DNA from: an uncultured Clostridia bacterium
GTDB lineage: Bacteria; Bacillota; Clostridia; Christensenellales; Borkfalkiaceae
Assembly (NCBI GenBank): GCA_944368065.1
Contig: CALVWV010000010.1
Coordinates: 46,534 to 110,533 of the forward strand
Direction of reading: 5' to 3'
DNA length: 64,000 nucleotides
How positions within the stretch are numbered: position 1 is the first letter of the stretch; every line of letters starts with the position of its first letter. Under the pieces are notes generated by a model, which was given only the letters and a program-made list of their open reading frames with translations, was not told the origin of the DNA and did no database searches. Made by a program: the position numbers and the translations under genes. Below are positions 28,759 through 42,352 of this stretch, piece by piece.

Positions 28759-29019
28759 TGAAAGTGTTATGCGTGCGTTCGGGCCCTTATATCGCGCGTC
28801 TTTCGGACTTTTAAAGGGCAAATAAATTTTGAGTGTGTTATTGTGTGATTCGCCGTGCGGGGCGGACGGCGTCAGGGCCGTTGCGCTTGAACCACGGGCT
28901 TAAAAAGCCTTGTCCGTACTTTATTTGTCTGCGTGCAGAATTAGCCTTTATATGCGCTTATATCTGCGTGCGGCGCGATATTTTTTTCATACTAACACGG
29001 CTGTCATCGGAGAATTTTT

Positions 29020-30162
29020 ATGATAGAAGTAAAAGAAATCAGCCTCAGCGACAAAAAAGGCAAAAAGCAGTTTTTCAAATTTCTTATTGATTTATACCGC
29101 GGCAACAAATATGCCGCTCCCAATTTTTATTTCGACGAGTTCGCGGAATTCGACCCCGCGGTAAACGATGCATTCCGTTTTGCCGATTGCCGCATGTTCC
29201 TTGCGTATAAGGACGGCAAGATAGCGGGCAGAATAGCAGGCATATGGCACCGCGGCGCCAATGAAAAGTTCGGCAAAAAGGAACTTCGTTTTACCCGTTT
29301 CGACGTTATCGACGATTTCGAAGTAACTAAAGCATTGTTCGAAAAACTCATTGCCTGGGCTAAGGAGCTCGGCATGGAGGAAATAATAGGACCTATCAGC
29401 TTTTCAGACCTCAACGAGGAGGGAATGCTTGTAGACGGCTTCGATAAAGAGAGTTCGTACATAGAGCTTTACAACTATCCGTATTATGTAGAGCACATGG
29501 AAAAGCTTGGCGCATACAAGGTAGTTGACTGGACCAGTTACCTTATAAAGGTGCCCGAAGCGCCCGATATGCGCGCTAAAAAACTTTCCGAAGAGATATG
29601 CAAAAAGCACGGCTTCAGGGTGCTCGATATGGGCTATTACTTCAAGCACGACAAGAAGACGTTCGATAAATACGGCATGAAGTGCCTCGACGTTCTCGAC
29701 GAAGCGTTTGCGCCCCTTTTCGGTACCAGCCCGTTAAACGAAAAGCAAAAGGCGAGGGAGCTTGCAACCATAAAGCAGGTATTCGTTCCGGAACTTGCCT
29801 GCGCAGTAGCCGACCCCGACGACAACGTTGCGGTATACGGCTTTATGATGCCCCGCATAAGCGAAGCGATGCGCAAGGGCAAGGGTCATATATTCCCGTT
29901 CGGACTCATACCTTTCATCAAGGCGATGAACAATATAGAAGTTGCCGATATGATGAGCGTCGGCGTAATGAAAAAGTACGCCAACACCGGCGCGGTGGCT
30001 GTCGTTATCGACAAGTGCCTCGAAGGGCTCATAAAACTCGGCGTCAAGTATCTTGAAACCGGTCCCGAACTTGAAAATAACAGCAACATACAACACCTCT
30101 GGAAGAGCTATAACCCTCAGCTCATAAAGCGCCGCCGTTGCTGGGGACTCAAAGTGCTTTGA
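29020..30162 (+). CDS. GNAT-like N-acetyltransferase family protein (about 380-aa type)
   Basis: 380 aa with GGAG upstream. It resembles a conserved Clostridia/Bacteroides family annotated as N-acetyltransferase. This is from memory and the substrate is unknown. Confidence 0.6.
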   Translation: MIEVKEISLSDKKGKKQFFKFLIDLYRGNKYAAPNFYFDEFAEFDPAVNDAFRFADCRMFLAYKDGKIAGRIAGIWHRGANEKFGKKELRFTRFDVIDDFEVTKALFEKLIAWAKELGMEEIIGPISFSDLNEEGMLVDGFDKESSYIELYNYPYYVEHMEKLGAYKVVDWTSYLIKVPEAPDMRAKKLSEEICKKHGFRVLDMGYYFKHDKKTFDKYGMKCLDVLDEAFAPLFGTSPLNEKQKARELATIKQVFVPELACAVADPDDNVAVYGFMMPRISEAMRKGKGHIFPFGLIPFIKAMNNIEVADMMSVGVMKKYANTGAVAVVIDKCLEGLIKLGVKYLETGPELENNSNIQHLWKSYNPQLIKRRRCWGLKVL

Positions 30163-30182
30163 TTGGTTAATTGATTTGTTTT

Positions 30183-30216
30183 ACGGCGCGCGGCACAGAT
30201 GCCGCGCGCCGTTTTT
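30183..30216 (+). terminator. Rho-independent terminator
   Basis: acggcgcgcggc/gccgcgcgccgt stem plus TTTTT. Confidence 0.85.
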
Positions 30217-30406
30217 ATGCCGACCGTACGCTGTTGAGTGCGGCAGTTTTTTATATCATTCAAAGGCGAATCTTTTTATTAAGTTTCGGATTTTATCAAA
30301 AAAATTAAAACGCCGTGCGCCGCCGCGGTATTTTTCCTTGCTAAACAACTCTGTTTTTTATATAATTATTGTAAATTAATTCTTTTCGGGCGATAAATAC
30401 AGATAG

Positions 30407-32215
30407 ATGAAAAAGCCAAATAAATTCATACGCAATTTTTGCATAATAGCGCACATCGACCACGGCAAAAGCACGCTTGCCGACAGAATAATGGAGCTTA
30501 CCGGTCAGGTTTCCGAACGCGACATGGAGGATCAGCTTCTCGATTCCATGGATATAGAGCGCGAGCGCGGAATAACCATAAAGCTCACTCCTGTCCGCAT
30601 GTTCTATTCCGCCGACGACGGCAACGAATATATTTTCAACCTGATAGACACCCCGGGTCACGTAGACTTCACTTACGAAGTTTCGCGTTCCCTTGCCGCG
30701 TGCGAGGGCGCAGTTCTCGTGGTCGACGCGTCGCAGGGCATAGAGGCGCAGACGCTTGCAAACGTATATCTTGCGCTTGAAAACGACCTTGAAATACTTC
30801 CCGTCATAAACAAAATAGACCTTCCTTCCGCCCGCCCCGAAGAGGCAAAGAAGGAGATAGAGGAGGTAATAGGTCTCGATGCGTCCTACGCGCCCCTCGT
30901 TTCGGCAAAGGAAGGCATTAACATTAAAGAAATACTCGAAGATATAGTAAAGTACTTTCCCGCTCCCGACGGCGATCTCGACGCGCCGCTCAAAGCGCTT
31001 ATCTTCGACAGTTATTACGATAACTACAAGGGCGTAATACTCTTTGTCCGCGTGAAGGACGGCACGGTAAAGAAGGGCGACAAAATAAAAACTTTCCGTT
31101 CGGACAAGGTGTACGAAGTGACGGAGGTAGGCGTTTTTGCACCGGGGCTTTATGAAAAGAACGGACTTTTTGCCGGCGAAGTCGGCTATATAGCCGCTTC
31201 GATAAAGAGCATACAGGACGTAGCTGTCGGCGATACGGTAATCAATGCGGAAAACCGCGCCGAAGAGCCGCTGCCCGGTTACAAAAAAGTTCAGCCGGTA
31301 GTTTTCTGCGGCATATACCCGCTCGACGGCAGCAAATTCGGCGACCTTAAGGATGCGCTTATAAAACTTCAGCTTAACGATGCTTCCCTCGTCTTCGAGC
31401 CCGATAATTCCGTGGCGCTCGGTTTCGGCTTCAGGTGCGGTTTCCTCGGACTTCTGCATATGGAGATAATTCAGGAGCGAATAGAGCGCGAGTTTAACCT
31501 CGACATAATAACAACCGCACCTTCGGTAAGTTACAAAGTGGTAAAAACGGACGGCACTGAGCTGTTCATAGATAATCCTTCGCACCTTCCGTCTCAGGCA
31601 GAGATAGAGCGCATGGAAGAGCCCATAGTAAAGGTGGATATATATTCGCCGCCCGATTACCTCGGCGCAATAATGGATTTGTGCCGCGATAAGCGAGGTG
31701 TGTTCAAAGAGATGACGTATCTCGATGCCAACCGCGTTCAGCTTATCTATGAAATGCCGCTCAACGAAATTATTTTTGAATTTTTCGATTCTGTGAAATC
31801 GCGTACGCGCGGATATGCGAGCTTCGATTACGAGCTGATAGGTTACCGTCCCAGCAAGCTTGTAAAGCTCGATATACTTTTAAACGGCGACCCGTGCGAC
31901 GCGCTCTCAATGATTGTGCACGAAGATTCTGCATATAACCGCGGCAGAACGCTGTGCGAAAACCTGAAAGATGCAATTCCCCGCCAGCTTTTCGAAATTC
32001 CCGTTCAGGCGGCGATAGGCGGCAAAATCATCGCGCGCGAAACGGTAAAGGCAATGCGCAAGGACGTGCTTGCAAAGTGCTACGGCGGCGATATAACGCG
32101 CAAAAAGAAGCTTCTTGAAAAGCAGAAAGAGGGCAAAAAGCGCATGCGCACGATAGGCAGCGTGGAAGTTCCCTCAGAAGTGTTCATGCAGATTTTAAAG
32201 ACAAACAAAGACTGA
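30407..32215 (+). CDS. lepA: Translation elongation factor 4 (LepA)
   Basis: 602 aa with [19 protein letters not shown] and NKID motifs and the LepA-specific C-terminus. Confidence 0.98.
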   Translation: MKKPNKFIRNFCIIAHIDHGKSTLADRIMELTGQVSERDMEDQLLDSMDIERERGITIKLTPVRMFYSADDGNEYIFNLIDTPGHVDFTYEVSRSLAACEGAVLVVDASQGIEAQTLANVYLALENDLEILPVINKIDLPSARPEEAKKEIEEVIGLDASYAPLVSAKEGINIKEILEDIVKYFPAPDGDLDAPLKALIFDSYYDNYKGVILFVRVKDGTVKKGDKIKTFRSDKVYEVTEVGVFAPGLYEKNGLFAGEVGYIAASIKSIQDVAVGDTVINAENRAEEPLPGYKKVQPVVFCGIYPLDGSKFGDLKDALIKLQLNDASLVFEPDNSVALGFGFRCGFLGLLHMEIIQERIEREFNLDIITTAPSVSYKVVKTDGTELFIDNPSHLPSQAEIERMEEPIVKVDIYSPPDYLGAIMDLCRDKRGVFKEMTYLDANRVQLIYEMPLNEIIFEFFDSVKSRTRGYASFDYELIGYRPSKLVKLDILLNGDPCDALSMIVHEDSAYNRGRTLCENLKDAIPRQLFEIPVQAAIGGKIIARETVKAMRKDVLAKCYGGDITRKKKLLEKQKEGKKRMRTIGSVEVPSEVFMQILKTNKD

Positions 32216-32266
32216 AAGCAGATAAGTTGCGGCTGTGCCCGCGCGGGCGCAGCCGCAATCCAGGAT

Positions 32267-32581
32267 TTGAAAATGCAGGGATTTTTTGAAAGAGTCTACG
32301 AAACAATACGCAGAATACCACGCGGCAAGGTGTCTACCTACGGCGATATAGCAAGGCTGTGCGGCAATCCGCGCATGTCGCGCCAGGTAGGCTGGGCGCT
32401 TCACAACAACCCCGCGCCGGTAGTCAATCCGTGCCACAGGGTTGTTTTTGCAGACGGCTCTATCTGCACGGGCTTTGCCTTCGGCGGCAGAGATGTGCAG
32501 AAAGCCATGCTCGAAGAGGAGGGCGTGGAAGTTTCTTCCGACTATAAAGTAGACCTGAAAAAATACCGCTGGGAGATATAA
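32267..32581 (+). CDS. MGMT-family protein (methyltransferase DNA-binding domain only)
   Basis: 104 aa with the PCHRVV active-site motif. There is no N-terminal Ada/Ogt domain. Confidence 0.8.
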   Translation: MKMQGFFERVYETIRRIPRGKVSTYGDIARLCGNPRMSRQVGWALHNNPAPVVNPCHRVVFADGSICTGFAFGGRDVQKAMLEEEGVEVSSDYKVDLKKYRWEI

Positions 32582-33693
32582 TGGCAGGAATTTACGTTCA
32601 CATACCTTTCTGCAAAAGCAAATGCTCGTATTGCGATTTTACTTCGTTTCCCGATAAACTGTGCTATGCCGAAAGCTACATGGCTTGCGTTTACCGCGAA
32701 ATGAGTTTCCGCAGGAAGGAATTAAAGGATTATACGTTCGATACTTTATACATAGGCGGCGGCACGCCGTCTGTGATAGACGAAAGCTATATCGGCATGC
32801 TCGTCGCTTCGGCGCGCAAGAATTTCAACCTTGCCAAGAACGCCGAAATCACTATAGAGATAAACCCGGGCACTGTTACCGCCGATAAAATTGCCTTTTA
32901 TAAAAAGGTAGGCATAAACAGGTTTTCCGTAGGGCTTCAGTCGGCTGTCGACAGTCAGCTCGAAGATATAGGCAGAATACACACCGCACAGGACTTCAAA
33001 GACTGTGCAGCATTACTCAGGGGCGAAAACTTCAACGCCGACGTGCTAATAGGACTTAAGGGACAGACGGCGGACGACGTGGTTTACACGATAAATTATG
33101 CGGCGGAGGCGGGCGCGAGCCATATTTCCATGTATGCGCTTACGCCTGAAGACGGCACGCCGATTTATACCGATTATCTTAACGGAGAACTTCCCGACTC
33201 TGACGAGGTCGCGGCGCTCTACGATGCGGGATACAAGCGGCTTAAAGAGCTCGGATTTATCCGTTACGAAGTCTCCAACTTCTGCAAACGCGGCAAGGAA
33301 AGCCGCCACAACATGAATTACTGGAAGAGGGGCGAATATATAGGTTTCGGCGTTTCGGCTTCTTCCTGCATAAAGAACGTGCGCTTTACCAATACGTTTG
33401 ACCTCGACGAGTACTTCAAATGCATCTTTACCGACCATCTTCCCGTAATTAATTCTGAGGAGATAGATACGGACGGACAGAAGTTTGAATTTATCATGCT
33501 TGCGCTCCGCACGGCGCAGGGGCTGGACGCCTTTGAATATAAAAAGCTTTTCGGCACGGATTTCTTCAAAGAGTACAAGACTGCGCTTGAAAAGACAGCG
33601 CGCTATCTTGATATCGAGGGTGACAGCGTGCACATAAAAGACGAATATCTCTTCGTGCAGAACAGCATAATAATTGAATTCATGCAGAGCTGA
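32581..33693 (+). CDS. hemW: Radical SAM family heme chaperone HemW
   Basis: HIPFCKSKCSYCDF (CxxxCxxC) at the N-terminus. 370 aa. Holds the conserved position after lepA. Confidence 0.9.
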   Translation: MAGIYVHIPFCKSKCSYCDFTSFPDKLCYAESYMACVYREMSFRRKELKDYTFDTLYIGGGTPSVIDESYIGMLVASARKNFNLAKNAEITIEINPGTVTADKIAFYKKVGINRFSVGLQSAVDSQLEDIGRIHTAQDFKDCAALLRGENFNADVLIGLKGQTADDVVYTINYAAEAGASHISMYALTPEDGTPIYTDYLNGELPDSDEVAALYDAGYKRLKELGFIRYEVSNFCKRGKESRHNMNYWKRGEYIGFGVSASSCIKNVRFTNTFDLDEYFKCIFTDHLPVINSEEIDTDGQKFEFIMLALRTAQGLDAFEYKKLFGTDFFKEYKTALEKTARYLDIEGDSVHIKDEYLFVQNSIIIEFMQS

Positions 33694-33704
33694 AAATTAT
33701 TTAA

Positions 33705-33744
33705 AGCGGCGCGCGGCGTTGATTATACAACGCCGCGCGCCGCT
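33705..33744. terminator. Terminator hairpin between convergent genes
   Basis: 16-bp stem agcggcgcgcggcgtt/aacgccgcgcgccgct. A second hairpin lies at about 33792..33825. Confidence 0.8.
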
Positions 33745-33836
33745 CAAGCTCTTCCGGTTAATTGAATTTAACGTGCATAATAAAGCGTTAAAAAGCCCGC
33801 GCCTTTTCAGGTGCGGGCTTTTTAACTGAATATATT

Positions 33837-35870
33837 TCATTTTTCCGATGAAAGAGGTATGCTTGCAATGAACAGCGTCTTTTTGCCCTGGCGTTCGTAA
33901 GTAAGGTCGCCGCCCATAGACTGCATTAGCTGTCTGCAAAGGTAAAGTCCGAGACCCAGATTTTCGTTTGAATTTGCCTCGGAGTAATAAGGTCTGAATG
34001 CGTCCTGTTTGTTTTCAAGTCCTTTGCCGTCGTCGGAAACAAAAATTCTGCAGTATTTGAGCTTGCTTTCGGCGTAAAGCCGTATAACCGAACATTCTGC
34101 GTGTTCAAGCGCATTGAATACAAGGTTATTCAGCACCGATATCAGCATATTGCGCTTAGCAAACGCTTTTATTGCAGTATTATCGACGTACATATGCACG
34201 CCCTGCGCTTCGCAGTCCGGCTGGAGCGATTGGTAAACGTAACTTATTATTTCCCCGGCGTCGACCGAGGTCGTAAGTTCGGAAGCAAAGTTCTGTTTTG
34301 CGTAATACTGAAGGTCTGCAAGTCCCGCATTTATGCTGTGAATTTTATTTTCGGCATCGTTTATGACTTTAAGTTTTTCCTTATTGTTTTCGTTCAGCTT
34401 GAGTATGCCGAGAAGTTGTTGCGCGCGTGCGGCAGGCTTTTTCATATCGTGCGAAAGGTACTGCAAAAGCTTGTCCCTGTCCTCGATTATATTCCTCAGC
34501 TCTGTAGTCTGCCTTTCGACTTCGTTTTTAAGGTTTGTGGTAAGGAAGCGGTTTCTGCGCTCCATCTGCACAAACAGAGCAATGCCGAGTACGACTATTA
34601 CAAGAAGAAGCGCGGCGCACATCCATATCTGCGGCGTTGACATTATAAGCGAGCGCTCTCTCGAGTAGACGTGTGTGAGAATGAATGCCGCCGAAAAGAT
34701 TGGCGTAATGAGTTCGCCTCTGTTTTTTGTGCGCATCGCCGCAATGCCTGTAAGCGTTATCGTCATAAGCGCCGTAACCGTACAGCATATGATATTTATA
34801 AGCCCGTAAATCGCTGCCGTAAAAGGAGGGGTAAACGCAGACAGCACGCATGTGGCAGCTCCGAATACGGCAAACGGTATCCATACGGGAAACTTTCTGA
34901 TTTTTTCCCTCAGTCCGCATATTGCCGAAAAAGGTATAAGCGCCGCAAAGAATCCCGTAAAAATGCTTGCGGTATACGGGAAAGGGCATGCCGTGTACAA
35001 TATCTGCGTAAAGAACGTAAAGCCCAATATTCCGGCTGCCGCAAAAGTGGACGGCAGAAATTTAAGCGTGCGTTTGAGTATCGCCGCAAAGAGGAATACC
35101 GCGAATATAAGCGATGCCACTACGGAAGCAATTATAAGCGCCGTTCTGTCCACATAGATGTCGAACACGACTTTTTCGCTGTCGCCCGCTGAAGGCAGGG
35201 CGGTAAAGTGCGCGCTTTTGCCTTGCGCCGCCTCGAAGTGCACCGTTACAACCGTTGCGCATTCCGTTATATCGCTGCTCATAGCCTGTTTGTGCGCATC
35301 GAAACCGAGGTCTACATAAAACGGTTCGGCTTCGGTTATGTGCCGATTTGTATATCCGCCGTATTCTGAATATTCGGTAAAGTCATATCCGCTTATTTCT
35401 CCCGAAGAGCACAGATATTTATCGTTCACGTAAATGTTGCATGCACCCGTAAGCGACGGCAGATAAAGAGTAAAATGCCAGGCATTGTCGCCGCGCAGAT
35501 ATGGTTCGAGTGCAGAAAGTTTTTCGCTCAGGTTTTCATCGCTCGGGTCAAGGTCAAGGAAGACGAACTGCAATGTGCCGCTGCCTTCAAAGTAGGGGTG
35601 GGCGGTAAGGTCAATTATTTCTCCGCTTACCTGGCTTGACGGCAGAAGGAATTCATCGGCTGTATAGTTAACGTACCTTATTTCATTCAGCCCGGGAAGG
35701 TCTTCCATGCGGTAGGCTGCGACCTCGGCGCCGTCGGTGCCTGCCACCTTGTGTATGTCTATCTCTTTTTCAAGGTTTTTTGTGCATATGACTGCTACTG
35801 TAGTTATCGCCGCGCAGATAATAGCCGTAATTATTACTGCGATTATGTTTATAAGGACTTTATTCCTCAT
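33837..35870 (-). CDS. Sensor histidine kinase with extracytoplasmic domain and 7 TM segments (7TMR-DISM-like)
   Basis: ATG 35870 overlaps the regulator stop (ATGA). The HisKA H-box is YLSHDMKKP. HATPase N and G boxes are present (NLVFNALEH, DDGKGL, GLGLYL). Confidence 0.85.
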   Translation of the reverse strand: MRNKVLINIIAVIITAIICAAITTVAVICTKNLEKEIDIHKVAGTDGAEVAAYRMEDLPGLNEIRYVNYTADEFLLPSSQVSGEIIDLTAHPYFEGSGTLQFVFLDLDPSDENLSEKLSALEPYLRGDNAWHFTLYLPSLTGACNIYVNDKYLCSSGEISGYDFTEYSEYGGYTNRHITEAEPFYVDLGFDAHKQAMSSDITECATVVTVHFEAAQGKSAHFTALPSAGDSEKVVFDIYVDRTALIIASVVASLIFAVFLFAAILKRTLKFLPSTFAAAGILGFTFFTQILYTACPFPYTASIFTGFFAALIPFSAICGLREKIRKFPVWIPFAVFGAATCVLSAFTPPFTAAIYGLINIICCTVTALMTITLTGIAAMRTKNRGELITPIFSAAFILTHVYSRERSLIMSTPQIWMCAALLLVIVVLGIALFVQMERRNRFLTTNLKNEVERQTTELRNIIEDRDKLLQYLSHDMKKPAARAQQLLGILKLNENNKEKLKVINDAENKIHSINAGLADLQYYAKQNFASELTTSVDAGEIISYVYQSLQPDCEAQGVHMYVDNTAIKAFAKRNMLISVLNNLVFNALEHAECSVIRLYAESKLKYCRIFVSDDGKGLENKQDAFRPYYSEANSNENLGLGLYLCRQLMQSMGGDLTYERQGKKTLFIASIPLSSEK

Positions 35871-36544
35871 TGCGCGTGCCCCGCGAAAGCGTAACCTTTT
35901 CCGAATTCGGTTATTATAAGGTTTTTGTGCGTTATATCCTTGATTTTTCTGCGGAGATTGGAGATATGATATCGTATGGTGGTAGTCTGAAGGCTGGGCG
36001 CGTCCCAAACCTGCCTGTAAATTTCCGCAGAATCGAAGAACTCGTTAGGGTGACTCATTAAAAAATATAAAATATTGAACTCGCTGGATGTAAGTATAAC
36101 GGGCTTGCCTTCGTAAAATACCGTGCGGTCGGAAACGTCGAGCGTGATTCCGGAAAGTCTGATTCTTGCATCGTCGCCGCGCGTAAGCCTTAAAGAAAGT
36201 CTTGCAGCCAGAAGTTCAGGCGAGCATGGTTTTACAACGTAGTCTGCTGCGCCTGCCTGAAATCCTGCAAGCATGGCTTCCTCGTTGCCCAGCATAGACA
36301 TTATGATGACTGGCGGGAGGTGAGGTTTTTCTTCTATGAACTTCATTCCGTTTCCGTCCGGCAGAAGTATGTCAAGTATTATGGCGTCAAATTTTTCTTT
36401 ATCTAAAAGGCGAGAAGCTTCGGCAATCGTCGTTGCCCACGTCGTCGCATTTCCTGATTCTCTGAAATAATCCAGAAATGTCTGTGTAAGCTCGCGGTCG
36501 TCTTCAATGAATAACAATTTCCGATTATATACTCTGTTCAGCAT
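35867..36544 (-). CDS. OmpR-family response regulator
   Basis: 225 aa with receiver domain features (..FIEDD.., DAIILDILLPDGNG) and a winged-helix C-terminus. Confidence 0.9.
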   Translation of the reverse strand: MLNRVYNRKLLFIEDDRELTQTFLDYFRESGNATTWATTIAEASRLLDKEKFDAIILDILLPDGNGMKFIEEKPHLPPVIIMSMLGNEEAMLAGFQAGAADYVVKPCSPELLAARLSLRLTRGDDARIRLSGITLDVSDRTVFYEGKPVILTSSEFNILYFLMSHPNEFFDSAEIYRQVWDAPSLQTTTIRYHISNLRRKIKDITHKNLIITEFGKGYAFAGHAQ

Positions 36545-36780
36545 TAAAATTGTGTTTCCGTTAGTTATTTAATAATAACAATAATTATAGCATAACTTAA
36601 TGTATTTTCATTGATGCGGCAATGGTTCTTTTGTTAGGATTTGTTAGGTTTTTTATCTGATTTGAATCTGCGCTTTGCTGACAGAAAAAATAAATCCCCT
36701 GCAAAGGAGCGGATTAGCTCTTTGCTGGGGAGTTTAAGGTTAAAAAACTTCATGTCAAGCAATAATTAAAATGCGGTCAG

Positions 36781-37437
36781 TCACATTCTGTGTTCGCGTT
36801 CGGCGATAATCCTTCCCGTTTCGCCGTCTACAAGAAATGCCGTTATCGCGCCTTCGCGGTCGCATATGCCCACATAGTAGTAGCACTTATCGTCGTAAAG
36901 AAGCCTTATAAAAATTTCTCCGTTGAATATTCCGTTTTCGGTAAGGCCGGCAAAGAGCGTCTGCGAGTGTTCTTTTACGCATTCAAGCGCCTGTTCGCAA
37001 GTCATGACGGAATTTGTCACGACGCTTAAAAGACTGTATTCCGTCTGTTTTCCGTCAGCCTCGAGCGTCAGGGTAAGCTGTTCGCTATCAAAGCCTGTAC
37101 CGCTGAAACTCAGATACCAGCAGTCGCGCACGGTAAGGTAACTCATTTCTCCGCCTTCAAAACTCTGCGAGGACACCGTAACTTTTTCAAAGTCTCCGCC
37201 GAGCTTGGCATATATTTCAACCAGCCCGTTGATATTGCCTTTTATTCCGTCCGCAACGTACGGCGATTCCTTTTCCGAGCAGTAAATTTTAATTTCGGCG
37301 TCGTCGCCGCCGTAAAGGAAAACGTCGTATCTTTTTTCGGATATGTATTCAGAATAATCGGCATTTTTGGCGCAGCCGCCTGCGCCCGCCATAAATATTG
37401 CCGCAAAAGCTGCGGGAATCAAAAAAAATTTTTTCAT
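36781..37437 (-). CDS. Putative lipoprotein
   Basis: MKKFFLIPAAFAAIFMAGAGGC signal peptide with lipobox. 218 aa. No recognised domain. Confidence 0.6.
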   Translation of the reverse strand: MKKFFLIPAAFAAIFMAGAGGCAKNADYSEYISEKRYDVFLYGGDDAEIKIYCSEKESPYVADGIKGNINGLVEIYAKLGGDFEKVTVSSQSFEGGEMSYLTVRDCWYLSFSGTGFDSEQLTLTLEADGKQTEYSLLSVVTNSVMTCEQALECVKEHSQTLFAGLTENGIFNGEIFIRLLYDDKCYYYVGICDREGAITAFLVDGETGRIIAEREHRM

Positions 37438-37485
37438 ATTACATTATACTGCGCGCTTTGGCGTTTATGAATGTTTTTCAAACAC

Positions 37486-37514
37486 TTGCATTTTATTCAG
37501 CTGTGTGATAAAAT
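37486..37514 (+). promoter_or_regulatory. Putative sigma-A promoter (TTGCAT-17 nt-TGaTAAAAT)
   Basis: Extended -10 upstream of the CDS at 37536. Confidence 0.4.
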
Positions 37515-37535
37515 GAATAAAATATAAAAACAGAA

Positions 37536-39798
<2,263 letters not shown>

Positions 39799-39943
39799 TT
39801 TTAAAAAAGCTTTTTTACAGGCGGAAGTTTTTGCTTCCGCCGTAAACTATTTAACAGGAAAATATAAGCCGCGTTGAATGCCGCATTTTTTTCAGGGACG
39901 GCGGCAACGCTTTACAAAATAACTCATAAGGAATATACATACT

Positions 39944-41476
39944 ATGCAGCGCGAGAGAGTTCTGGTACTTGACTTCGGCGGTCAGTACAATCAGCTAATT
40001 GCAAGGCGCGTGCGCGAGCAGAATGTTTACTGCGACCTCGTGCCGTGCGACATGACTATTGAAAAGATAAAGGCGTACGCCCCCATAGGCATAATTTTTA
40101 CGGGCGGTCCCAACAGCGTATACGACGAATCAAGCCCCAAGGTAAGCCCTGAAATTTTTGAGCTCGGCATACCCGTGCTCGGCATATGCTACGGCTGCCA
40201 GCTTACGGCATATCTTCTGGGCGGCGTTGTGGAGCGCGCCGATACATCGGAATACGGCAAAGCGGAAGCATACTGCAAGAGCAGCCCTCTGACCAAGGAC
40301 GTTCCCGAAACTTCTGTATGCTGGATGAGCCATACCGACAGAATTACCCGCCTTCCCGCGGGATTCGATATGATAGCTCATTCGGATAACTGCCCTTACG
40401 CTGCATTCGGCAGCGCGGAGCGCAGAATTTACGGCGTACAGTTCCACCCCGAAGTCCAGCATACGGAATACGGCACGCAGATGCTTCACAACTTCCTGTA
40501 CGAAGTCTGCGGCGCGCACGGCGACTGGACGATGTCCGGGTTTGTTGCAGAAAAGATAAGCGAGCTCAGGGAAAAAATAGGCGATAAAAAAGTTCTTTGC
40601 GCAATGTCCGGCGGCGTTGATTCAGCTGTTGCGGCAACGCTTATACATAAAGCGGTAGGCGATAACCTTACCTGCGTATTTGTGGACCACGGCCTTTTAA
40701 GAAAGTACGAAGCTGACGAGGTTATGTCTGTATTCAAAGACGGACTCGGCATGAACCTCATAAAGGCTGATGCGGGCGCCGTGTTCCTTGCCAAGCTCAA
40801 GGGCGTAACGGACCCCGAAACAAAGCGCAAGATAATAGGCGAAGAATTTATCCGCGCCTTTGAAAAAGAGTCGAAGAAGATAGGCAAGGTGGATTACCTC
40901 GTTCAGGGTACGATTTATCCCGACGTAATAGAAAGCGGCAAGGGCAAGTCCGCCGTAATCAAGAGCCACCACAACGTAGGAGGTCTGCCTTCAGTTGTGG
41001 ACTTCAAGGAAATCATAGAGCCGCTCCGCGACCTCTTCAAAGACGAGGTCCGCAAAGTAGGTTTTGAACTCGGACTTCCAAAGAGCGTTGTTATGCGCCA
41101 GCCCTTCCCCGGTCCCGGTCTTGCAATAAGAATAATGGGCGAAGTCACCGAAGAAAAGCTTGAAACTCTGCGCGATTCCGATTACATTCTGCGCGAAGAG
41201 ATTGCAAAAGCAGGCCTTGACGATAAAATCTGGCAGTACTTCACCGTAATAACCAACAGCAAGACGGTGGGCGTTCAGGGCGATTTCCGCACATACGAAA
41301 ACGTCGTCGCAATCCGTGCGGTAACCTCCGTCGACGCAATGACGGCTGACTGGGCGCGCATTCCTTACGACGTGCTCGAAATTATATCCAACCGCATAGT
41401 AAACGAAGTGCGCCACGCAAACCGCATAGTTTACGATATAACATCAAAACCCCCCGCAACGATAGAATGGGAGTAA
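39944..41476 (+). CDS. guaA: GMP synthase (glutamine-hydrolysing)
   Basis: 510 aa with a GATase (GICYGCQ) and the ATP-PPase SGGVDS motif. Ends ..TIEWE. Confidence 0.98.
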   Translation: MQRERVLVLDFGGQYNQLIARRVREQNVYCDLVPCDMTIEKIKAYAPIGIIFTGGPNSVYDESSPKVSPEIFELGIPVLGICYGCQLTAYLLGGVVERADTSEYGKAEAYCKSSPLTKDVPETSVCWMSHTDRITRLPAGFDMIAHSDNCPYAAFGSAERRIYGVQFHPEVQHTEYGTQMLHNFLYEVCGAHGDWTMSGFVAEKISELREKIGDKKVLCAMSGGVDSAVAATLIHKAVGDNLTCVFVDHGLLRKYEADEVMSVFKDGLGMNLIKADAGAVFLAKLKGVTDPETKRKIIGEEFIRAFEKESKKIGKVDYLVQGTIYPDVIESGKGKSAVIKSHHNVGGLPSVVDFKEIIEPLRDLFKDEVRKVGFELGLPKSVVMRQPFPGPGLAIRIMGEVTEEKLETLRDSDYILREEIAKAGLDDKIWQYFTVITNSKTVGVQGDFRTYENVVAIRAVTSVDAMTADWARIPYDVLEIISNRIVNEVRHANRIVYDITSKPPATIEWE

Positions 41477-41520
41477 TATCAGAATTTCATCCTGCGGCAT
41501 ACTTTCAGGAGTACTATTCA

Positions 41521-41562
41521 GGCGCCGCAGGCGCGGCATTGCCGCGCCTGCGGCGCTTTATT
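41521..41562 (+). terminator. Rho-independent terminator after guaA
   Basis: 16-bp stem gcgccgcaggcgcggc/gccgcgcctgcggcgc followed by TTTATT. Confidence 0.8.
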
Positions 41563-41768
41563 AAAACGGATGAACCACTGTTGCACATTTCAGCGGCATT
41601 TGTTTTTTTGAAATTTTCCGCAGCTCTATTATTCAAAATTGAATGAGGCGTGCGCTTTTGATATTCTTCAGATAAATGCGGTGTTTTTTGTAATATATTT
41701 ATATAATGGACTTTTGGCGTTTTGCCTGCTATAATAAATATGCAAATGCAAAAAAAAGAGGTTAAATT

Positions 41769-42188
41769 ATGGACTACAGAGTTTTTTCGGATAAGATTGT
41801 CGCCCGCATAGACAAGGGCGAAGAAATCTGCGCCTCGCTTAAAGCTATATGCCTTAAAGAGGGCGTAACGCTTGCCAACATTTCTGCCATCGGAGCGGTG
41901 GGTGAGTTCACCGTCGGCGTATTTTCTCCCGAAAGCAAGACATACAAAGCCAATACGTTCAGCGGCGATTATGAAATAGTTTCGCTTCTCGGCAACGTTA
42001 CCGAAAAAGACGGCAAATATTATTCCCATCTGCACATGAGTGCAGGCGACAGCGAAGGCAGAGTATTCGGCGGCCATCTCAACAGCGCCGTTGTCTCGGC
42101 TACGTGCGAAATGTTAATCGAAGTAATGGAAGGCCGCATAGATCGAAAATTCAGCGATGAAATAGGTCTTAATCTGCTCGAATTTTAA
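41769..42188 (+). CDS. PPC domain (DUF296) protein
   Basis: 139 aa. The pattern ..GAVGEFTVG..GNVT..DG..HLHMS..GGHL.. is typical of DUF296. Confidence 0.75.
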   Translation: MDYRVFSDKIVARIDKGEEICASLKAICLKEGVTLANISAIGAVGEFTVGVFSPESKTYKANTFSGDYEIVSLLGNVTEKDGKYYSHLHMSAGDSEGRVFGGHLNSAVVSATCEMLIEVMEGRIDRKFSDEIGLNLLEF

Positions 42189-42352
42189 ATTGCCTTGCGC
42201 TCAATTTCTTTAATAAGTCAGTTTGCGTGTTATTTGCACGCATGAACAGGTGTGCGTGAATATGTAAACGTATCATATGCGCGTAACAGGCGCGTATGTG
42301 CAAGTACGCGCAAACAAGAGCGGTTGTCCGCAAATTACGGTGAATTTCAATT

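Noticed and set aside
28833-29090. 85-aa ORF in the leader upstream of the GNAT-like gene.
   Set aside because: It has no ribosome-binding site, a Cys/Arg-rich improbable composition, and overlaps the start of the downstream gene. The region is treated as non-coding leader.
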